A program made the translations under genes and the position numbers. The notes beneath the pieces were generated by a model, which was given only the letters and a program-made list of their open reading frames with translations, was not told the origin of the DNA and searched no databases. Shown here one piece after another: positions 49,178-54,111 of a stretch of 64,000 nt of DNA (positions are counted from its first letter, which is position 1; each line of letters starts with the position of its first letter). This stretch comes from an uncultured Bacteroidaceae bacterium (GTDB lineage Bacteria; Bacteroidota; Bacteroidia; Bacteroidales; Bacteroidaceae): contig CALUIR010000006.1 in the NCBI GenBank assembly GCA_944320785.1, positions 6,192-70,191 of the forward strand, in the 5' to 3' direction.

Positions 49178-50068
49178 ATGCAGAGCCGTATGAACAGCCA
49201 CATCATCCGCGAAATCACGCCGTTGTCGGAAAGCGATTGCTTTTACATTGCCGACAGGAGGAAGAAGGAATTCACTTACCCCATCCACCGCCACCGCGAG
49301 TTTGAACTGAACTTCACGGAGAATTCCAAGGGCGTGCGCCGCATCGTGGGCGATTCGATGGAGGTCATCGGCGACTATGACCTGGTGCTGATCACGAGCA
49401 AGGACCTGGAGCATGTGTGGGAGCAGCACGAATGCACCTCCACGGAAATCCGCGAGATCACGATACAGTTCTCGCCGGAATTGTTCTTCAACAACCTGTT
49501 GAACAAGAACCAGTTCGCTTCGGTCAACCACATGCTGAAGGACGCGGAGAAAGGCATCTCCTTCCCCCTGTCGGCCATCATGCGGGTGTATGCGCTGCTC
49601 GACGGGCTCTCGTCGGAGGCCGATGGCTTCTATGCCGTGGTCAAGTTCCTGACCATCCTCTACGAATTGTCCAAATGCCCGTACACGCAGCTGTCGAGTT
49701 CGGCTTTCGCGCGGGTGGAGCCTGCCTCCAGCGACAAGCGGATTGCGAAGGTGCAGGAATACATCGCCGGCCATTTCCGTGAGCCGATTTCGTTGCCACA
49801 GTTGGCTGATTTGGTCAACATGACCCCGGTGTCCTTCAGCCGTTTCTTCAAGCTCTGCACGGGCAAGAACATTTCCAACTACATCATCAACGTGCGCATC
49901 GGGGCGGTGGCCCGGCTGCTCGTGGACACCTCCCTGTCCGTTTCCGAGATTTGCTACGACTGCGGCTTCAACAACCTGTCGAACTTCAACCGCATCTTCC
50001 TGAAAAAGAAAGGCTGCTCGCCGAAAACCTTCCGCGAGAATTACCGCAAGAAGCGGGTGCTGGTGTGA
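49178..50068 (+). CDS. AraC/XylS-family transcriptional regulator with N-terminal cupin-like sensor domain
   Basis: N-terminal HRHREFELNF cupin-type segment. C-terminal double HTH (LPQLADLVNMTPVSFSRFFK...ICYDCGFNNLSNFNRIFLKKKGCSPKTFR). Confidence 0.87.
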   Translation: MQSRMNSHIIREITPLSESDCFYIADRRKKEFTYPIHRHREFELNFTENSKGVRRIVGDSMEVIGDYDLVLITSKDLEHVWEQHECTSTEIREITIQFSPELFFNNLLNKNQFASVNHMLKDAEKGISFPLSAIMRVYALLDGLSSEADGFYAVVKFLTILYELSKCPYTQLSSSAFARVEPASSDKRIAKVQEYIAGHFREPISLPQLADLVNMTPVSFSRFFKLCTGKNISNYIINVRIGAVARLLVDTSLSVSEICYDCGFNNLSNFNRIFLKKKGCSPKTFRENYRKKRVLV

Positions 50069-50111
50069 CCTCCCCCGCCGGGCTTCCGAAACGGGACACG
50101 CATGTCGTCAA

Positions 50112-50199
50112 AAAAAGACACGTATCTTTTTCCAAAAGGATACGTATCTTTTTCCAAAAGGATACGTATCTTTTTTGAAAAGGATACGCATCCATTTTC
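50112..50199. repeat. Four head-to-tail 22-bp units, each carrying the palindrome GATACGTATC
   Basis: Unit consensus AAAAGGATACGTATCTTTTTCC. The ACGTATC cores start at 50120, 50142 and 50164, and a degenerate ACGCATC starts at 50186, giving an exact 22-bp period. Confidence 0.9.
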
Positions 50200-50377
50200 A
50201 ATGCCTCCAGCCGGGCGCGGGGACTTGCGCCCTGGCGGGGCTGGAACGGCGCGGCAATTCCTCCCCTATTTTTTTTAATGAGTCAGGATAGTTTACCTTG
50301 AAGGAATCCCCGCCCTGCCTGAAGCCGGGGCGTGTTTCCCGTGTCCTTCTGCGCACTTCATGAAGAAGTTTCCCGAT

Positions 50378-50438
50378 ACGATTAGTAATCGTCCGGCATG
50401 ACGATTAGTAATCGTATGCGTTGACGATTACTAATCGT
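50378..50438. repeat. Three copies of the 15-bp palindrome ACGATTA-N-TAATCGT at an exact 23-bp period
   Basis: ACGATTAGTAATCGT at 50378-50392 and at 50401-50415. ACGATTACTAATCGT at 50424-50438. Confidence 0.92.
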
Positions 50439-50616
50439 ATGAAATGAAGCTCCTGGAGGGAAGCCGGATGCCTTGGCCGGTTCCTTTCCTTCCTTCAAGG
50501 CGGCTTGCCGGGCAAGATGGAAAGATATTTTATTGCATTGGGATTCCCGGCTTTGCAGACGGGAAGGAAAAGAGGGCTTCCCCCTGTTCCGCTTCTGTAT
50601 TTATGTAAACAAATGT

Positions 50617-50634
50617 AAAAAAAACGGGGGGGGG
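50617..50634. repeat. A8-C-G9 homopolymer pair
   Basis: AAAAAAAA (50617-50624), C, GGGGGGGGG (50626-50634). It ends 26 nt upstream of the candidate -33 element of the regulator gene. Confidence 0.9.
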
Positions 50635-50659
50635 TAAAATCAGTATTTTGGAAAAATGT

Positions 50660-50690
50660 TTTGTATTGTTAAGCGCAGCCGTTATATTTG
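50660..50690 (+). promoter_or_regulatory. Candidate promoter of the TPR-TM-LuxR regulator gene
   Basis: TTTG at 50660-50663 and TATATTTG at 50683-50690 (19-nt spacer), 31 nt upstream of the ATG at 50721. Confidence 0.35.
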
Positions 50691-50720
50691 CAAGCATGAT
50701 TTGTAACGAATGAATGAACC

Positions 50721-52091
50721 ATGAATAAAATTTCATGTCCCGCATGCGGGTTCGCTTTGATGCTTCTCTTTTTCATGTTTTCTTGCAGCGGCCGTCGGCA
50801 ACACGACGTGGAGGAACTCTTTGCGCGTGCCGCCCGTTGGGAGGAAGCAGGACGTTTGGACTCCGCGTTGGTGGCGTACCAAAACGCTCTCCGAGAGTTG
50901 GAGAACACGGATGATGATGCGAAGAGAGGGGAAGCTCATTTGGCAATAGGAGGCATCTTGGTTAAATCGTTTTGGGACAGGGAAGCCTTTTCGGAATTTG
51001 CCAAAGCATATCAATGTAGCAAGGATTTGGAGGATAAAAGTATAGCTTCCAAAGCGTTGGTTTTTATGGGAAACTATCATACCTTTTATGGCAAAAAAGG
51101 TAAGATGGAAAGCACCAAACAGCATGGGGCGGACATGATTAATCGCACTCTGCGTTTCTTGCCACAGGTGGACAAAGAGACACGTGCAATCATTTACCAC
51201 AATGTGGCTTACGTGCATTATGAGAATGAGGATTACCGTCGGGCATGGATTTATGCGGCGATGTCGGATTTTTGCACTGAGGATAGCGCATTGTTGCATC
51301 GCAATGAATATACAAGGTGTTTGATATATCTTAAAACGGGCAGGAACCGTCAAGCGATAGAATCTTGCCAAGCCATGTTAACTTATCCGGATCCTTATCT
51401 GCAAGCATCGGCATGTACCGTCTTGATTCGGGCTTTTGGCCAATTAGACGACCGTGAACAAAGCCGGAATTATTCCCAACGGTTGGACAGCCTTATTTCG
51501 GGGCTTTCTTATAACAAGGAGGAGATTTTGGCAATATGGCAGCAAGGAACAGAGCCGGAAGGCATTCCTTTCCGCTATTGGGTGAAAGATTTGTGGGTGT
51601 TTTTAGTTGGGGGGATTGCTTTGTTGATATTCTATTTTGTGGCGAAGCGCAAGGCTGGATCGCAAGGCCAGCCATCTGGATTTTCTGATTTTCCACAGGA
51701 AAACTTGGATAAAGAAAATCTTGTCGCGCAGTTTTATGCCACAGAAATTGGCCGTAAAGTTCTGCAAATAAAAGAAGATGATGAAGCGGCAAAGCGGGGA
51801 GAGGCATTGAATAATAGTTTGTGCAACGGGGATTTGGATTTGTTGTCGCAAACTTTGCAGCAGTCCTTTCCCGTTTGTTGCCAAAAGTTGCTTCGCATTT
51901 ATCCGGACATTGTTCCCAAGGACTTGTCTTATTGCTGCCTGTCAGGGTTGCTGGGGTTAAGTTCCCGTTGTTGTGCGGCTTGCCTCGGTTTGTCATCCGA
52001 CAGCATCCGCACCAATAAAATGCGTATTAAAAAGAAGCTGTGCGTTACCCCCGGAGGCAAAGAACTTTTTGAGCAAATGTTCCCTTCATGA
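50721..52091 (+). CDS. One-component transmembrane regulator: signal peptide/lipobox + TPR-like ectodomain + single TM + C-terminal LuxR-type HTH
   Basis: N-terminal LMLLFFMFSCSG. Helical repeat region at aa 30-285. TM helix LWVFLVGGIALLIFYFVA followed by KRK (nt 51591-51644). C-terminal DLSYCCLSGLLGLSSRCCAACLGLSSDSIRTNKMRIKKKL matches the LuxR/GerE HTH pattern (nt 51918-52040). Confidence 0.65.
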   Translation: MNKISCPACGFALMLLFFMFSCSGRRQHDVEELFARAARWEEAGRLDSALVAYQNALRELENTDDDAKRGEAHLAIGGILVKSFWDREAFSEFAKAYQCSKDLEDKSIASKALVFMGNYHTFYGKKGKMESTKQHGADMINRTLRFLPQVDKETRAIIYHNVAYVHYENEDYRRAWIYAAMSDFCTEDSALLHRNEYTRCLIYLKTGRNRQAIESCQAMLTYPDPYLQASACTVLIRAFGQLDDREQSRNYSQRLDSLISGLSYNKEEILAIWQQGTEPEGIPFRYWVKDLWVFLVGGIALLIFYFVAKRKAGSQGQPSGFSDFPQENLDKENLVAQFYATEIGRKVLQIKEDDEAAKRGEALNNSLCNGDLDLLSQTLQQSFPVCCQKLLRIYPDIVPKDLSYCCLSGLLGLSSRCCAACLGLSSDSIRTNKMRIKKKLCVTPGGKELFEQMFPS

Positions 52092-52130
52092 TGGAGGTAG
52101 GAACAATCTATGCTTGTTAAAAATAGCAAA

Positions 52131-52202
52131 TGCTACGCTTAAACCGCGTTTTGCTACGCTTTTTGGTGGATTTGCTACGCTTTTGATGTACAAATGCTAC
52201 GC
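52131..52202 (+). promoter_or_regulatory. Four phased direct repeats of TGCTACGC (candidate operator array) upstream of the precursor gene
   Basis: Copies at 52131-52138, 52152-52159, 52173-52180 and 52195-52202, spaced 21, 21 and 22 bp. The first three extend to TGCTACGCTT. Confidence 0.6.
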
Positions 52203-52204
52203 GA

Positions 52205-52240
52205 TAAATTTGTTTTTGATTTGTTGAGCCTGTACTTTTG
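52205..52240 (+). promoter_or_regulatory. Two candidate -7 boxes for the RiPP operon
   Basis: TAAATTTG at 52205-52212, directly abutting the last repeat, and TACTTTTG at 52233-52240. Either would give a 5' leader of about 190-220 nt before the ATG at 52428. Confidence 0.35.
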
Positions 52241-52427
52241 ACTTCAGATTTTTATGCATGCATTCAAATTGTTTTGGGTTTTGGCAACAAGGCAGCCTCG
52301 TGTGTTTGTTCGGTTTGGCGGGCAGTCATTGAAACTGGATTGCAAGTATGGGCGATTGGCTTCTGCCCAGCCTTGTATGGGTTGTCAAAGTGTGGATAAA
52401 AGGAGTCATGATTTAAAAGGTTTAAAT

Positions 52428-52670
52428 ATGAATAAGGTTTTCATAAAAGAAAATCGCCTTCTCGCTTTGAAAGACGAAGAAGTATTGCAAGAATTTGAAA
52501 TGGTGGAATTGAAAGGTGGAAGTTCAATCAGTCCATTAGGGGATAATTATGGTTGCAATACTAGTGTTTGTGGATGCAATGTGAAAGATTGCAAGGATGA
52601 ATCAGATGTGTCGGATAAGTGTTACGAACCAGTAGAACCCAACTCTATGTATATCTGTTGGCCGAAGTGA
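52428..52670 (+). CDS. RiPP precursor peptide (80 aa): double-glycine leader + 49-aa six-Cys acidic core
   Basis: MNKVFIKENRLLALKDEEVLQEFEMVELKGG / SSISPLGDNYGCNTSVCGCNVKDCKDESDVSDKCYEPVEPNSMYICWPK. The leader fits the double-glycine consensus (hydrophobic at -4, -7 and -12; Glu at -8). It lies immediately upstream of the rSAM maturase and the C39 exporter. The start is at the internal Met of ORF 52254-52670. Confidence 0.7.
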   Translation: MNKVFIKENRLLALKDEEVLQEFEMVELKGGSSISPLGDNYGCNTSVCGCNVKDCKDESDVSDKCYEPVEPNSMYICWPK

Positions 52671-52678
52671 TGTTTTTA

Positions 52679-52701
52679 GGGTACGCCTATTGGGCGTACC
52701 C
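52679..52701 (+). terminator. Intercistronic hairpin (possible partial terminator or RNA-stability element) between precursor and maturase
   Basis: Perfect 9-bp GC-rich stem GGGTACGCC (52679-52687) / GGCGTACCC (52693-52701) with a 5-nt loop. It starts 9 nt after the precursor stop codon. There is no strong T-run. Confidence 0.5.
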
Positions 52702-52734
52702 GCTTATTCTCCTAAATATTTAAATCTGAATACC

Positions 52735-54045
52735 ATGAAAACAAGCCGATATAACTATGTCATTCACGACAACGGGCAGTTGCTTTGCTTCAACGCCTTG
52801 TCGAGGGCGTATTTCTACATGCGCCCGGAGATGGAGCATTATTTGGACGAAGTGCTGGCTCGCCCGGATGACTACAAGGAAAAGCTGCCATCGTTCTACC
52901 AAAAGCTGTCGCAAGGATGGTTCATCGTGGACGAGACGGTGGACGAACTGGAGGTCATCCGCAAGCTGCACCGCGAGGCGTGCGATGCGAAGGATTACAA
53001 CCTCACCATCCTCCCCACCTTGGGCTGCAACTTCCGCTGCTGGTATTGCTACGAAGAACATGCGCAGGCCCGGCCGATGAGCGACGAAGTGGTGGGGCGC
53101 GTCCGCAAGTGCATTGCCCGGATTGTGGAGGAGAAAGATACACGCTCTCTGAACTTGACGTGGTTTGGCGGGGAGCCGTTCTTGCTTTTCCAAAAAATCA
53201 TCGCCCCGCTGAACACGTATGCCAAGGCGCTTTGCCGGGACAGGGGCATCCGCTTCTCCTCGTCGGCCACGACCAATGGGTATTTAATCAACGAAACTGT
53301 GGCGCGGCAGTTGGCGGAACTGTGCATCAACCATTTCCAAATCACCTTGGACGGCGACCGCACGCACCACGACCGCACGCGGGTGGCCAAGGAGGGGTCG
53401 TCGTTTGACACCATCCTGCATAACGTGAACCTCATCTGCCGGGAAAATTCGGAGGCGGAAGTGCTGCTCCGCTTCAACTATGAGGCCGGCAACTTCCTGC
53501 CGGAGCAAATCGCCCGGCAAGTGGCGGAGCGCGTTGGGAAGACCCATCGGAAGCGAATCCGCTTCATCTTCCGCAAGGTGTGGCAAGCCGAGGAAGTGCC
53601 GGACGTGAGGGCGAAGGTGCAGGAACTGATTCGCCTGCTGAAAGCGGAAGGCTTTGATTATGCCTACGGGTATGAGTTGGTGACAGATTATACTTCCTGC
53701 TATGCAGCCCGCAAGCACTCTATTGTCATCACGCCGGACGGCTTGGTGGGCAAATGCACGGCGAGGACTGATTTTGCGCAATATGCGGCGGGGCGGTTAG
53801 GCGAAGACGGGCGCATCGTGTGGAAAGAGGCAGGCGCATCGCTGAACGACATTTATGCCACGCCGCTGTTTGAGAACGAGATGTGCCTGTCGTGCAAGAA
53901 GCTGCCCCTGTGCATCGGGATGTGTCCCAAAATCATCAGCCCGGAGGGCAAGATACCTCCTTTGGATTATGCCTGCCCGCACAAGGACAAGCAGTTTGAT
54001 TGGGGCGACCTGATAGCGGGTTATTGCCGGATGCGGGATGCCTGA
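52735..54045 (+). CDS. Radical SAM peptide maturase with C-terminal SPASM domain
   Basis: CNFRCWYC (CX3CX2C, nt 53026-53049) and GGEPFL. Full SPASM signature: C337-X13-G-X4-C356, C399-X2-C-X5-C-X3-C412 and C429 (numbering from ORF 52690; nt 53698-53976). Start at the ATG at 52735 (MKTSRYNYV). Confidence 0.88.
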   Translation: MKTSRYNYVIHDNGQLLCFNALSRAYFYMRPEMEHYLDEVLARPDDYKEKLPSFYQKLSQGWFIVDETVDELEVIRKLHREACDAKDYNLTILPTLGCNFRCWYCYEEHAQARPMSDEVVGRVRKCIARIVEEKDTRSLNLTWFGGEPFLLFQKIIAPLNTYAKALCRDRGIRFSSSATTNGYLINETVARQLAELCINHFQITLDGDRTHHDRTRVAKEGSSFDTILHNVNLICRENSEAEVLLRFNYEAGNFLPEQIARQVAERVGKTHRKRIRFIFRKVWQAEEVPDVRAKVQELIRLLKAEGFDYAYGYELVTDYTSCYAARKHSIVITPDGLVGKCTARTDFAQYAAGRLGEDGRIVWKEAGASLNDIYATPLFENEMCLSCKKLPLCIGMCPKIISPEGKIPPLDYACPHKDKQFDWGDLIAGYCRMRDA

Positions 54046-54111
54046 CAGGCATCCCGTGGACAGGCGGGAATCATCGTTTGGAATTTGTATCACTTTATAA
54101 ACATTCAGATT

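Noticed and set aside
50112-50438. Whether the 22-bp and 23-bp repeat arrays are a CRISPR array or a plasmid-type iteron origin.
   Set aside because: The 22-bp units are directly head-to-tail with no spacers, and the 15-bp palindromes are separated by only 8 bp. No cas gene, rep gene, DnaA-box cluster or AT-rich unwinding element was seen nearby. They are kept as unexplained regulatory-type repeats.
51973-52227. An 84-aa ORF spanning the regulator 3' end and the TGCTACGC repeats, with recurring ATL tripeptides.
   Set aside because: The periodic amino-acid pattern is simply the translation of the DNA repeats. The ORF overlaps the regulator gene in another frame and has no start context.
52254-52427. 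The upstream 58-codon extension of the precursor ORF (MHAFKLFWVLATRQ...).
   Set aside because: A 138-aa product would bury the double-glycine leader internally. The extension has no signal or leader character. The internal Met gives a canonical 31-aa GG leader. The extension is treated as the 5' UTR.
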